DNA of 64,000 bases, from positions 15,068,001 through 15,132,000 of the forward strand of contig NC_058383.1 in assembly GCF_018350175.1 (NCBI RefSeq), written 5' to 3'. Source of the stretch: Felis catus. Taxonomy: Eukaryota. Position numbers and translations under genes: made by a program. Shown here piece after piece: positions 23,968 through 37,168 of this stretch (within the stretch, counting starts at the first letter, position 1; each line of letters begins with the position of its first letter). The notes below the pieces were generated by a model, which did no database searches, was not told the origin of the DNA, and saw only the letters and a program-made list of their open reading frames with translations.

Positions 23968-25825
23968 GCTATGTTATCTGTAAATATAGACAGTTTTACT
24001 TTTTCCTTTTCAATCTGGATGCTTTTTATTTATTTTTCTTATCTAATTACACAGGCTAGAACCTTAGTACAATGTTACATAGAAATGGAAAAAATGGGTA
24101 TAGTTTTCTCATTCTTGATTTTAGGGGTAAAGCATTTGATCTTTTACCGTTATGATGAGGGTAGCTATAAGCTTTTTGTAGATGCTTGAATCAGGTTGAG
24201 GAAGTTCCCTTCTATTCTTAGTTTGTGAAAGTCTTTTTTTTTTTTAATCAGGAATAGATGTTAGGATGACTATATGATTTTTTTCTTTTAGTCTGTTATA
24301 GTGAATTATGTTGTTTGATTTTAGAATGTCAAGCCACCTTTACGTTATTGACATAAACCCCACGTGGTTGTGGTGTATTATTTTTACATAATGCTGGATT
24401 TGATTTGTCAAAATTTTATAAAGAATTTTTGCATGTATGTTCTTGAAGTATATTGCTTTGCAGATTTTTTTGTAATGCTTTTGTCTGTTTGTAAAAAATC
24501 AGAATAATGCCGGCTGAGTTAGGAAGTATTTTCTGCTTTTCAGTTTTTTGTAGGAGTTTATGCAGAATTGATATCATTTCTTTAGCAAAATTTGTTCAGT
24601 AGAATTCACCAATGAAATGATCTGTCTCTGGAGTGTTTTTGTGGGAAGATTTTAAAGTACAAACATTTTTTTTTTTTTTTTTTACTGAAATAGGACTACT
24701 CAGGTCATATATTTATTTTTGACTGGGATTTGGTGATTTGTGTCTTTTTTTTTTAATTTTTTTTTAACGTTTATTTATTTTTGACACAGAGAGAGACAGA
24801 GCATGAACGGGGGAGGGTCAGAGAGAGGGAGACACAGAATTGAAACAGGCTCCAGGCTCTGAGCTGTCAGCACAGAGCCCAACGTGGGGTTCGAACTCAC
24901 CGACCGCGAGATCATGACCTGAGCCGAAGTCTGCCGCTTAACCGACTGAGCCACCCAGGCGCCCCTGGTGATTTGTGTCTTTTAAGAAATAAGTCCATCT
25001 CATCTATACTGTCCAATTTACTGACATAAAATTATTCACAATATTCTATTTTTGTTCTTTTAATCTGTAGAATCTGTAGTGACGTTCTCTCTCTCCTCAC
25101 TGATATTGGTAATTTATGACTTCACCTTTTTTTTCTCGATCAATCTAGGTGGAAGTTTATTGATTGTATTGATCTTCTCAAAGAACCAGCTTTTGGTTTC
25201 ATCAATTGTATCTATTGTTTTTCTATTTTATTGAGTTTTTTTCTGATCTTCATTCTTTTCTTCCTTGCTTTGGATTTACTTTCTCTTCTTTTTCTAGTCT
25301 CTTAATGTGGAAAGTTAGATTACTGGTTTGAGATCTTTCTTCTTTTCTGATATGGATATTTAGCTGTATACGTTTCCCTTTAAATAATACTTACCTACAT
25401 CCCACACATTTTCACATGATGCATTTATATTTCATTCAGTTCAACATACTTTCCAATTTATCTTTTGAGTTCTTTGACTCATATGCTATGTATGAGGGGG
25501 CTTTCCCAAATATCTGCCTGTTACTGATTTCTAACTTGATTTCGTGGTGATTCATGAACATATCTTGTAGGACTTGAATTCTTTTAATTCATTTATTTAC
25601 AGTTCATAATATGGTCTATTTTGGTAAATGTTCCATACCCACATAAAAAAGAATGTGCATTCTGCTGCCGTTGGAAGGAATATTCTATAAATTCTAATTA
25701 TGTCAAATTGGACGACAGTGTTATTCAAGTCAAGTTTGTTCAAAATCTCCAACTATAACTTTGGATATGTCTATTTCTTCTTGAAATCCTAACCATTTTT
25801 ACTGCCTGTGTTTTGACGCTCTGCT
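23968..25825 (-). mobile_element. Old L1M ORF2 (RT to EN), antisense
   Basis: tcaggttgaggaagttcccttctattcttagtttg; gatcttctcaaagaaccagcttttggtttc; aagaatgtgcattctgctg; aaatctccaactataac. Confidence 0.88.
24747..24965 (-). mobile_element. SINEC_Fc-like SINE (antisense)
   Basis: TSD tggtgatttgtgtcttt. Confidence 0.96.
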
Positions 25826-27746
25826 GGGTCTGAGTTCCTACTCTCTGAACTGAGGTCCAGAAACTCCTCAGGCAGTAGGTTGGGGCAATCATAGGGCTCA
25901 CTTTGCTTCCTGTTTCTCAGGTTCCTCCATTTATCTCTTATTGTGTTACTGTGAAAAGCATTGTTTCATGTATTTTCTAGTTTCTGTTGTTATTATTGTA
26001 TCAGGTGGGAAAGTAAATCCAATTCATGTTATTGTGTTTTGACCAGAAGCAGAAGTCTCTTGAAACCCCATTTTTAAATTAAATATGTTCACCTCTTGTA
26101 GTTGCACAGTACAAGCAATTTCAGAGAATGTTGGGCAGGTTTTGAGTCAGACCTACTATCTACCTCTGACTCCAGGGAAAGCCAGTTCTAGACTGAAGAG
26201 AAGCTGAGACAGCTAATAATTTGGTTCCTCTTCAAAATGATTTTCTTTCAGTATTGGTCAATGTTTAATGGGAATTTGGGGGCTTACATTTCCATTTTAG
26301 AAATAACTCTCTATTTTCAAAACAAGGAATTTCTTATACGGGACAAAACATTATAACATCTTCCCTTGTGAACTAGTACTAATTTGTGAGTTTTGCCCTC
26401 TCACAGAGTTGGCTGGAATTAATACCTCTCTAAAAAAAACGAAACAATTTACAAGAAATTGTGATAGAAGTCTTGTTGGAAATACATTTGAAAACTAAAA
26501 TTTCCCACTTTCTGGTCTGGATAGACTCTATTAAGACTCATGATCTGTTTCCCATTGTCTCTTGCAGTTAGATTGGTGCCAGACGAGTTTAGCCAATGTG
26601 TGCTAAAATGATTTATACCACTTCCAGATAAAAACAATTAAAAGCTGGTGTGTTTCCTTTTTTTCCTCCTTCCTTGCTATGTGCCTCTGGAGGCCGTGTT
26701 CCCCACGGCATAGCTCCCAGGTGGGACAGCAGGTCTCCATCTGTATCAGCCTTCTTGGGAGAGACACATACACTTTATTTATTAATCCACTAAGATTTTA
26801 GGTTACTATGACAAAGTCTACCCTAATGAATAGAGTTTATTCTTATTTTCTCTGACAATAAGGTAGATTTTAAAGGATACATTAAAGAGTTTGACTTTAG
26901 ATAAGGTGCATTCAATCGAATACAATTTAGTATCTCATTTAATACAACAATTACACCAGTGAAACGACTCAACCTATGTAAATAGCACTACTCCATTCAT
27001 CATGTTCCTTCAGAATTCTGACTGCCAACTCTAGGTGACGCTCAGGTTTTTTCTGGTCATGGTATTAATGACACAGACCAAGTTTCCCTTTGCAACATGT
27101 GCAAACGCATTCGCAAAAATATCCAACAGGACTAGGGCACTACCAATGAAGAGCGTTCTTGACACTATTTGAAGGTATTCTTATTACAATGACAGCAGGA
27201 TCGATCGATATTTTACCAGTTACGTAAGGTGTGCATAGAAATCTAAATTAACCACTGTCACAATTCTCATTTATTCTAGAAACATATTAGCATGCCATAA
27301 AGAGATGGCTAGACAGTTTTTATCTATATATACCATGATTAGATCTATCTATCTACAGTGATTTTCATATACTATATTTCAGTAACAAATATCCTATTTT
27401 CAATACTTTTCCTTGTATACCATATGCCAGGAGGCATACTTGGTTTCTTGCAGAGTAAGACTTGTAGAGAATTGAAGCAGGAAGAAGAACTGAATGAATG
27501 AGAGAGAGAGTAGCATACTATGCTAGCAGCACCAGAAAATATTTTCACGCACTTGAGAACTGACTACCATGTCATAGCACCAAAGTAATATTAAGGGAGA
27601 CACCAGTTAGACAGCTCCTCAGAGTTTCCATAGATACATAGATATAGTTACAGGTACGCAGAGGCATAACTATAATGATATCTATCTCTCCATGCCTATC
27701 TATCTCAATATTTAAATTGTAATATTTAAAAATTGAGTAATATTTA

Positions 27747-27958
27747 GGGGCGCCTGGGTGGCTCAGTCGGTTAAGCATCCGACTTCGGCTTAGGTCATGA
27801 TCTCGTGGTCTGTGAGTTCGAGCCCCGTGTCAGGCTCTGTGCTGACCGCTCAGAGCCTGGAACCTGTTTCGGATTCTGTGTCTCCCTCTCTCTCTGTCCC
27901 TCCCCCATTCATGCTCTGTCTCTCTCTGTCTCAAAAATAAATAAACATTAAAAAAAAT
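27747..27958 (+). mobile_element. SINEC_Fc-like SINE
   Basis: TSD aattgagtaatattta. Confidence 0.96.
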
Positions 27959-30653
27959 TGTTTTAATTGAGTAATATTTAGATATTACAATACTCAATAT
28001 TGTAATATTTAAATGAAATAGAAATATTACATTGTAATATCTAAATATTGAGATATTTAATATTTAAAGCATTACAAATAGGATATTTGTTATTGAAATA
28101 CAATATATGAAAAACATTGTAGATCAAGAGTTGGAAGCAGTGGGCATTGTTTTTGTTAATTCTGTAAATTCTTTAGCAGAGTCAGGAAATCCAGCAGTCA
28201 GAAAAATAGAACATCCCACACAGAGCCCAGAGCCCCTGACCAAATGGATACCAGTTAAATTCCACAAATGGGTAAGTGCCAAGCTGCAGTAAGAATGAAG
28301 AAGCCAAACGCGGAGCCTATCAGACAACATCATAACGTGTAGGAAGGGATATATTGCCCAGAAGGCTCAAGAAAAGAGCCTATTCTTAAAGATGCATGTT
28401 AGGATATGGAAATAAATTTTAGAAACCATGTCCTTGGGGCCATGATAAAGGGTAAGGAAAGCATGAGCTATGTGAGCCTGGGACAGGGGGAGGACAAACC
28501 AAAGGGAGGGCAGGGACACAAGTGGGGAAAGGAAAGAAATATCTGGTAACAGAAAAACAATGTGCATCAGAGGCAATGAAGAGTAGATGTTTCCCTGAAG
28601 AGTAAATCAAAGCTTTGACATGGGAGAAAAACAAAAAGATCCCGCACGCAGAAGGAAAGGATGAAGATTAAACGTTTTAGAAAGAAAATGTCCCAGGTGT
28701 GTAGGGCGAAGAAATAGAGATGCAACATAAGAAATACATGGGCTCCCTAGGAATAAACCCAAGCTATAGAAAAGAGGTAGCAATAATAACAATCATAATA
28801 AAAAGGATTTTTTTTTTCTCAACTGACTAAAGAATAAGAATAAAGACCAAAGTGGATCACACTGTCCTGGCAGAATTCATGAGACTGACGCATAAAACGT
28901 GTGCTGGAAAATTTGTTGGAATTCGAGGATGATGGCGGGAGGGGATTCATAGGGATGTACAGGCCAAACGCAACACGAAACCGAAAACACCCAAGCCCTC
29001 CTGGAAAGACTCAAAACAGTACGTGTCAGTGATCAGCCCTTCAGCTGACGGGGGGCCGTGGGCACTGCCCAGCTGTGTCCCAGCACTGGCCACATCCACG
29101 AGGATCAGCATTCGAAACCCTCCTGTCAGGCAGCAGAGACTCACGGGAGAGGAGGCATCACCTTGAGGCTAAAATATGGTGGACGAAAGGAGAAACATGG
29201 CGACTGTCAGTCAAGAGTCAAATCATGCACGCAGACATGTGAGGCGTAGCTAGAAGGCTCTGGGAAGTTTACGTTCCCAAAGAGCGAGTGGCAGGCAGGC
29301 AGACAAATGCTATTGGTGACCGTTGTCACAACTTCATTTGTAACTCCAGTCTATTTTCGGTTAGAATGTGAGCCCTGGAGAGCAGGACCTACGCGATACT
29401 GTCTTCACTTATGTCTGCAGCAGCTGCCACGAAAGGTCCTTGGGTAACTGCAAGCACATGGCTTTAGTCTCACCTGCCAGGGGTCGTTCTGGGACAGCTT
29501 GGGGGTGAGTCTGTCTACTGAGGAAGAGAAAGGCCCTTCCCAAAAACTGGCTCCCGCCCAGTCAAGGGGAAAAGTGATGATTTCACAGCTCATTTCCAAC
29601 CCACAGTGAAAGTAAGCAGTTGGCTCTGTTGTCCTATTATCGTCACAACAATACCCATTTCTTATATACAACTGCATCCCTGAGCATGACTTAGCGAAAG
29701 AAGGAGGAAAAATGCTTTGTCCATTAACAGCAAGGAACATCTTGCGGTTACGTCGCCTTTTAATAAAATGATTTTCTTCTTTTGTATGGACTTACGCTGA
29801 ACTACCTCTGGAAATTACTGGAAATTGGCATGGGGAGGTGAGGGCTTGCAAATGTGCTGTCTCCGAGAACTGCTCCTAGGAGACCGGAAGACCACAGAGA
29901 GAACATAAGCCTGTGTTGACTTGAACACATGGTTCTGGCACGATTGGACACCTGTATGTGAAAACCTAGACCCAGGTTTACAAAAACCAGTTTAAAATAG
30001 ACTATAGACCTGGGTGTCCAGCACAAACTATACAATTTCTAGAACAAAATATAGGAGAAATCTAGGCGACCTCATGTCTAGTAAGGGACATTTAGATCAA
30101 ACACCAAAGGCACGATCCATGAAAGAAAGAAATGATTAAGTTGGACTTCATTAAGATTCAAATATTATGCTCTGCTAAAGGGACCACCAGGAGAATGAAA
30201 AGACAAACCCACCTCGGGAGAAAATATTTGGAAAAAAATACATATCCGGCAAAGGGCTTATAGCCAACATATACAAAGGAATCTTAAAATTAAACAATGA
30301 GAAAACAAACACCCCCCCGGAAAAAAGCAGAGGAAAGATTTGAACAGACAGCTCACTGAAGAAGAGCCACAGATGGCAGAGAAACGCATGAAAAGATACT
30401 GCACATCATAGGTCATCAAAAAAAAAAAAAACAATGATGAGACCCTGCTACACCCCAATTAGAATGGCTGAAATCCAAAAACAAAAAAATAAGAATATCA
30501 ACTGCTAGCGAAGGTGTGCAGCAAGAAGAACCTTCTTCCTTGCTGGTGGGAGTGTAAAAATAGTACGCAGCCACTTTGGAAGATAGTTTGGGAGTTTCTC
30601 ACAAAACTTAACATAGTCTTATCATGCTCTCCAGCAATCATGCTCTTTGGTAC

Positions 30654-30700
<47 letters not shown>

Positions 30701-32095
30701 TAGCAACTTTATGCATAGTCACCAGAAACTGAATGCAACCAAGATGTCCTTCAACGGGTGAATAGATAAACTGTAGTACATTTATAAAGTGGAATATTAT
30801 TCAGCCAGCAAGAGGAAGGAATGAGCCACACCAAAACAGAAATGGATCTGAAATGGACATATATACATGAAAGGAGCCAGTCTGAAAAGGCTGTATACTA
30901 TAGGGTTCCAATGGAATAACATTCTAGAAAAAAAAGGTAAAACTAGGGAGACATGAAAAGATAGGTGGTTGCCCCGGGTTCAGGGGCAAATTAGGAAGGT
31001 TGACCAGGTGAAGCACAAGGTGCTTTTTAGGGCGGCAAAACTATTCCTCGCGGTACTGTATTTGGGGATATGTGACAGCATGCATTTGTCAAAACCCACT
31101 GAACTTCAGTCCGAAGAGTAAACCTTAATGTATGCGAATTTTAAAAAAATCATTTAGGAGGTCGGCAGCATCTCGGGATGGAATGCAGAATGTGACAAAT
31201 CGATCTGTATTCAAATGTATGAAACAGCTTCTCTGAAGGGATTGGGGGTGTGTGCTGATGTAAGTAACTTTGGAAATGAGTGGAGTCTGTAAAACGAAGG
31301 GCAAAGGAATTGCACGCAGAGCATTGTCATTTATAAAGTTGCTTCCCACAGGTATATGTGTTAGCACCTCTGACACGACCATGAATGTGTGTTGCAATTA
31401 AACAATTAAGTAAATGGATGGTGGGTGGTAGGAGCTGGCTTTCTCACCGATGGAGGGGAATTGACGGGTAAGTAAGAGGAAGCAGCTAGAATGATCTATG
31501 TGATAATGGATTAGACTTGAAGACTTCAGAAGAACTCCCCTTTAGCTTAATATGGACTCACATGGTTACATATAGAAACACATATAGATACATGTGCTTA
31601 TACATAGGTTCATGCACACACACACACATATCCCTTGCTCTGTTGACGGAAAGGGCCTAGAAGCGACAATGCCTCAAGAGCAAACAGCACACCTAGGGCT
31701 CAGATACTGGTTTCTAATGCCAATCTCTAATAGAAGAAACCAGGCCAATGCTCTGGGGCAGGAAGAAACCAGGATGAGCCCGGAGCACCTTGTAGGGCCA
31801 GAAAGTAAGGAAGTACTCAAAACACAGGAGCCAAGAGCTCCCACTGGCCAAAGCTGCAACCATTTGAGCAGCAAAACAAATAAAGTTGTATTGAATTATT
31901 ACCCGAATTGTGAAGTAAATATCCCTGAGTCCATATGTATGGAAACACATCATTGAATAAAGACAGAATCTCTTGTTACAGGATTCCAGATAACTTACGT
32001 AGATATTCTGCCCTCAGAAATGTAGATGGAACATAACTCCTCATTTCTCATGTGTAGTCTGTGCATGGTAACTTTCTTGCAAAGAATACAGTATG

Positions 32096-32254
32096 CAACC
32101 CAGTAATTCCACTACTGGGTATTTACCCAAAGAAACTGGAAACATGAATTCAGAAAAACATATGCACCCTTATGTTTATTGCAGCATTATTTAAAGAGGC
32201 AAGATGGGGAAGCAACCTAAGTGTCCATCAGTAGATGAACGGATACAGACGTGG

Positions 32255-32304
<50 letters not shown>

Positions 32305-32796
32305 TGGTGGAATATCACTCAGGCATCAAAAAGAATGAGTTCTTGCCCTTTGTGACAACATGGATGGACCCAAAGGGTATTAGGCTAAGTGGAATAAGTC
32401 AGACAGAGAAAGACAATACCACATGATTTCACTCATATGTGGAATCTAAAAAACAAAGCAAAAGAACAAACACACAGAAGCCAGAGACAGACTCAAACAC
32501 AGAGAAGAAAGTGGCGGTTGCCAGAGGGGAGATGGCAAGAGGATGGGCAAACTAGGTGAAGAGGACTGAGGGGCCCAAACTTCCGGTTGTCAAAGAAACA
32601 AGTTGTGGGGATGAAAGTTACGGCATAGAGAATACAGTTAATAATATTGTAATAGTGTTACACAGTGAGAGATGGTAACCATACTTAATGGTGGTGAACA
32701 CTGTGCGATATATAGAATCGTCAAACCACTACGTTGAATACTTGACATTAATAACAACATCGTATGCCAACTCTACTCAATGATAAAGATTTTTTT
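32096..32796 (+). mobile_element. 5'-truncated L1 (L1_Carn/L1MA9-like) 3' end with internal (CA)n
   Basis: acccagtaattccactactgggtatttacccaaag...ggaataagtcagacagagaaagacaatacc; flanks aagaatacagtatg / aagagtacagtgtg. Confidence 0.88.
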
Positions 32797-32809
32797 AAGA
32801 GTACAGTGT

Positions 32810-33030
32810 GGGGGCGCCTGGGTGGCGCAGTCGGTTAAGCGTCCGACTTCAGCCAGGTCACGATCTCGCGGTCCGTGAGTTCGAGCCCCGCGTCAGGCTC
32901 TGGGCTGATGGCTCAGAGCCTGGAGCCTGTTTCCGATTCTGTGTCTCCCTCTCTCTCTGCCCCTCCCCCGTTCATGCTCTGTCTCTCTCTGTCCCAAAAA
33001 TAAATAAACGTTGAAAAAAAAAATTTAAAA
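32810..33030 (+). mobile_element. Young SINEC_Fc
   Basis: Essentially consensus, CpGs retained; perfect TSD aagagtacagtgtgg. Confidence 0.97.
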
Positions 33031-34676
33031 AAGAGTACAGTGTGGAAAGTGTGGAAAATTTAGGAGCTTTACCGTGGAGAATCCTGACAAACACCTCAGC
33101 TGGGTGATCCAGGTCGACATCGACAGTGACAAGTCACGTGTCTTGTATGTACCTTTGCTAGGACGTGATAAAAATGGCACTTTCTCTCTGTGATCTTCCC
33201 CCCCACAACCCATAGTCCCAGCCTAACCATAGGAAAAAAACATCAGACAAATCCCAGTGTAGGGACGCTCAACCTACCTGACCAATACTCCTCAAAGCTG
33301 TCAACGTCATCAAAACCAAGAAAAGCCTGAGAAACTGTAACAACCAACAGGAGCCTAAGGAGACATGATAGCTAAATGTAACATCACACCCTGCATGAGC
33401 TCTTGGAACAGAAAAAGGATATTGGATAAACCCTAAGGAAATCTGAATAAAGTATGGACCTTGGTTATAATTGTGTGTCAATATTGATTCATTACATGTA
33501 ACATATGCATCATCCTCGTGTGAAACGATAATAGAAAAACGTGAGCGTTGGGGATAATGGGAACTCTGTATTACCTTCTCAATTTTTCTGTAAATCTAAA
33601 AGTGTTGCAAAAAATAATAATAAAGTTTAGTCTTAGAAATGTTTAGCCCCTCCTGTTGTCTCCCCAAGTGATGTGTTTCTTGGTCCATGGTCACGGGCAT
33701 CCTACTGGCCTCCAAACCTGAAACTCAGAACTGGCAAATAGGGCTTTTCCTAGTTTGTGCAGCTCTCTCAGGAGTCCTGGGATCTGCCCTTGCTATTTGG
33801 CTGCCTCTCAGCTCCATGTGGCTGCACGTCCCTGAGTCTCTGCATGGCCAGCCATCCAGGTGTGGCCCAGGATACTGCTCACGTCCTCTGTTCTGGCGAC
33901 ACCTTGGCGTGTCCCTGTGGCAGACTCATTAGTTCTTCACTTAGTGTCTGTGCCCCAGGACAGAGTGAGGTTCAGGCTCTCACCTTGTTGCCTTCACACA
34001 CTTAACTAGACCAAAGGAGCATCGTAGGGCAGGTGCCTTATCTGGTGGGCTCCCGGAGTCCCCATGGAGGGGTAAGGCAGGAGCCTCAGTTCCCCGGTGC
34101 TGAGAGGGAGAGAGAAGCAGTATAGCCTTCTTAATTCTCCTACCCCTTATCATTTGTCCTTCTCCTCCCTCCAACCCATGACCAGAAAACTGAGAGAAGT
34201 TTCCTTTACATCTCCTGTGTCCTGTGCTCCTTCCTTGCTGCAGCCCCACGGTTAAAGCTGACAGCTGGTCGGGGGTGTCTTCTTTACCCTGGGAGAAGAA
34301 CTCAAAAGTCTGAGGCTCTCCTGTAGCCTTTGTACAGATTTTCCCTGTCCATGGAGCTCAGCTCTGAAGCCTAGTGTCTTCCTACAAAGTCAAATACCTG
34401 TCGTCCAGCCCCGGGGTAAGAAGTCTCTTGACCCAGGCTCAGCCTTGATGTTAGCATGCACCAGTGTGCTATTGGCCAAAATATTATTCCTATTAACCAC
34501 TGCCAGGGTGTATCACTGAGTTCTGTGGCTTGTCCCCGTGGGAGAGGAGGTTGGGTTTCCTAAAGAGAGACGGAGATTTGCCCTGGGAAGGGCTGAAGAA
34601 GGAAGCACTCACTCAGAGAAATGAGACAGCAGGGCCGCCCCTGAGGCCAGGCAACACGGCTAAGAAATGCACCAGA

Positions 34677-35162
34677 CAGGGGTCCTGGGGGCCTCTCACC
34701 CCGCAGGGGCCTGGGGATAGAATTCAAGGGGGCTTCCGCGAATTTGGATGGGAAAGAATGTATCTTTATTTTCATCAACCTCGAAACGGAATCTAGCATT
34801 TTCTCCAGCTGTAAACACAAGCCACGAGGTGCCCTGGAATTAGCAGTTACTGTGACTTTGTCACTCATTTTCCTACAAGGTTACAGCTGTAACCATTATA
34901 ATGTTGTTTACACCCACCACCACGACATTTCAAAATTATGATAGCTAATTATTTAAGGCATCAATCTTATTATTTAAGGCATCAACAAAGAAGCATATGT
35001 ATGATTATATCACACACTTATTTTGTTTAATATTTTGACACTGTACTTAAATGTAATTGATTTCCTTTGTTGTTGCCTCGATTATTCTATTTCATGCATT
35101 TAAAAACATAATTCACTGGCTTCATCAGACTGCCAAAGGGATCCGCGCATAAAAATACCCCT
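34677..35162 (+). mobile_element. hAT-Charlie non-autonomous DNA transposon (Charlie4a-like)
   Basis: ggatagaattcaagggggc...ttggatgggaaagaatgtatctttattttca...gtgactttgtcac...ggcttcatcagactgccaaaggg matches my recollection of the consensus. Confidence 0.8.
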
Positions 35163-35977
35163 TTAAAAATATGTTGGGGGGACTCTAACAAGATTTATTT
35201 GTATATTGCAATCACCCTCCCCCCCACTTGAAATTCCCCAGTTATTCCCAAGCTTTGGGTAAAACCTGTGATTGATATCCATCTGCTGTGTGTTTGGGGG
35301 GGTTGCAGGGATTTGAGAGAGGCTACGGCAAGGGAAATCGTGCTCCTGCATCAGCACCCGGGCCCCAGAGGCTGGCGACTCCTCTCGTTGTCCCAAGAGT
35401 CCCAGGTGTGAACCCCAAGTGAAGCTGCCCGGGGCTGAGATAGTGCTCAGCCGGTAGATGGGAGCAGGTAACAAGAATCAGGAGGACTGACTCGGGAACA
35501 GACCTGAAGCCCGCCTGTTTCCCCCCACATAAGAAGATAACCCCGGAAAGGGAGTGAGGCAGACATTTGATTAACAGCAGCGCAGAGGAACTATTTATTG
35601 CTTTCCCTTAAGTATGTTTCATCAAAAGTCTGCGTGAACACGGGCCAATTAATTACACGCTCTAAGGGCCCCCTCTGGTTGTGGAGGACACCACTTGCAT
35701 AGTGATATGTGGGGGGCCCTCCATGGAATGTGCTTGTTATCACTTTTCCTGAAAACCTGGCTTGGTTGCTGCTTCTGCCCCTATGGCACCCACAGGTCGG
35801 GATAACTTAGAGACCAACGCTTTTCTACCACGATGTTCAGAATGATCCACCGGCTTCTCGGATCACTGGGAATGCCCTTATCTTTACTACGCCCCCAGCG
35901 TCCAGTTCTGTCCGTGTCCCCTGGAAGCAGAGACACAGCACTGGGAGCTGGTGGATCCAGGACCCGTGAAGGAACAC

Positions 35978-36488
35978 CGTGGTAGCCTTCCAATATGGCC
36001 CCCAAGTTCTTTGAACCTCCTCCCACCGATAAGTGAGGTCTCTGCCTCCGCTTCCTGAATCTAGGAGGATTTGAACTGCTTTGACCACTAAACGTGCCGG
36101 AAGTGATTTTTACAAGGCAGTGTCGTAAAACGGCCAACCAGGTCCTAGCTGGTCCTCCCAGAAGGCTTGTCCCTACCTGCTTGTCTTCAGACCCAGAGGC
36201 CATGCTATGAGAAGCACAAGTCACATGGAGAAGTCACAGGCTCCCAACTGAGCCGGTCCTTCAGCCTTCCCAGCCCAGGCACCAAACATGTGAAGAGTGA
36301 CCAAGTGGATTCCAACCCCAGCCACTGGAGTCTTCCCAATGGAAGCACCAGATATCACAGGGCAGGAATGAGCCATCCCTACTGGATTTCTGACCCACAG
36401 ACTCCATGAGCCTCAGATGTTTGTTGGTTTGTGACACCCGCCCCCGAGTTTGGGGTGATTTATTACAAAGCAATAGTAGCCAGACTAA
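35978..36488 (+). mobile_element. MaLR LTR (MLT1G/H-like)
   Basis: gtggtagccttccaatatggcccccaagttctttg...gccatgctatgagaagcacaag...tttggggtgatttattacaaagcaatagtagccaga. Confidence 0.8.
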
Positions 36489-36950
36489 GGAGAAATAAGA
36501 GGTCCGGAAGGAACAGGCTCCTACAGTGGCCACATGTGGGCCACTGGACTTGGCTCCAGTAGGAGAGACTGGAGGAGGAGCACCTAATGGGACAGGCCTG
36601 AGGGGCACTGTGTCTCTCAGTTCCCTTTGAACTCTGTGATGGGCAAGATGAACTTGATCCTGAGGCAAAGTGCTGCTTTATAGAGCCTTCTGCTAGCAGC
36701 AAGAATATTAAGGCACGCATTCCGCTGTCCCTCCCCTTCTCTGTCCCACTTTCTCAATAGGAGCAAAATGCTCAAATTAAAATTTGATTCAAACACCAAG
36801 GGTGTGCTGGATGTGTTTGGTCTCGCCCAACAATTCTAAATTTTTTCCCAAAAGGGCTTCTGAGAATTATGGGGTCATAGCCCAAAACACAGCCCCCTGC
36901 AAGCAAGAAACCTCTTTGGCCATTTTTATCTTAAAAACGAGCATTCCAGA

Positions 36951-37168
36951 GGTGCCTGGGTGGCTCAGTCAGTTGAGCGTCCGACTTCAGCTCAGGTCAT
37001 GATCTCACTGTTTGTGGGTTCGAGCCCCGTGTCGGGCTCTGTGCTGACAGCTCGGAGCCCGGAGCCTGCTTCGGATTCTGTCTCTCCCTCTCTCTCTGCC
37101 CCTCCCCCGCTTGTTCTTTCTCTCTCTCTCTCTCTCCCTCAAAATAAATAAACATTAAAAAAAAAAAA
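36951..37168 (+). mobile_element. Can-SINE
   Basis: Head, CT tract, A tail; agcattcca on both sides. Confidence 0.95.

Larger units (their letters stand above)
29930..33625 (+). mobile_element. L1MD/MC-type element: ORF2 3' end and long 3' UTR, interrupted at 32096-33030
   Basis: aagttggacttcattaagattcaaa; tgctggtgggagtgtaaaatagtacgcagccactttggaaga; ggatggaatgcagaatgtgacaaa; gggaactctgtattaccttctcaatttttctgtaaatctaaaag. Confidence 0.85.

Noticed and set aside
34948..34985. Direct repeat attatttaaggcatcaa x2 (similar: caccaaaagga x2 at ~9190-9211)
   Set aside because: Local slippage duplications inside known transposons; not CRISPR-like and not TSDs
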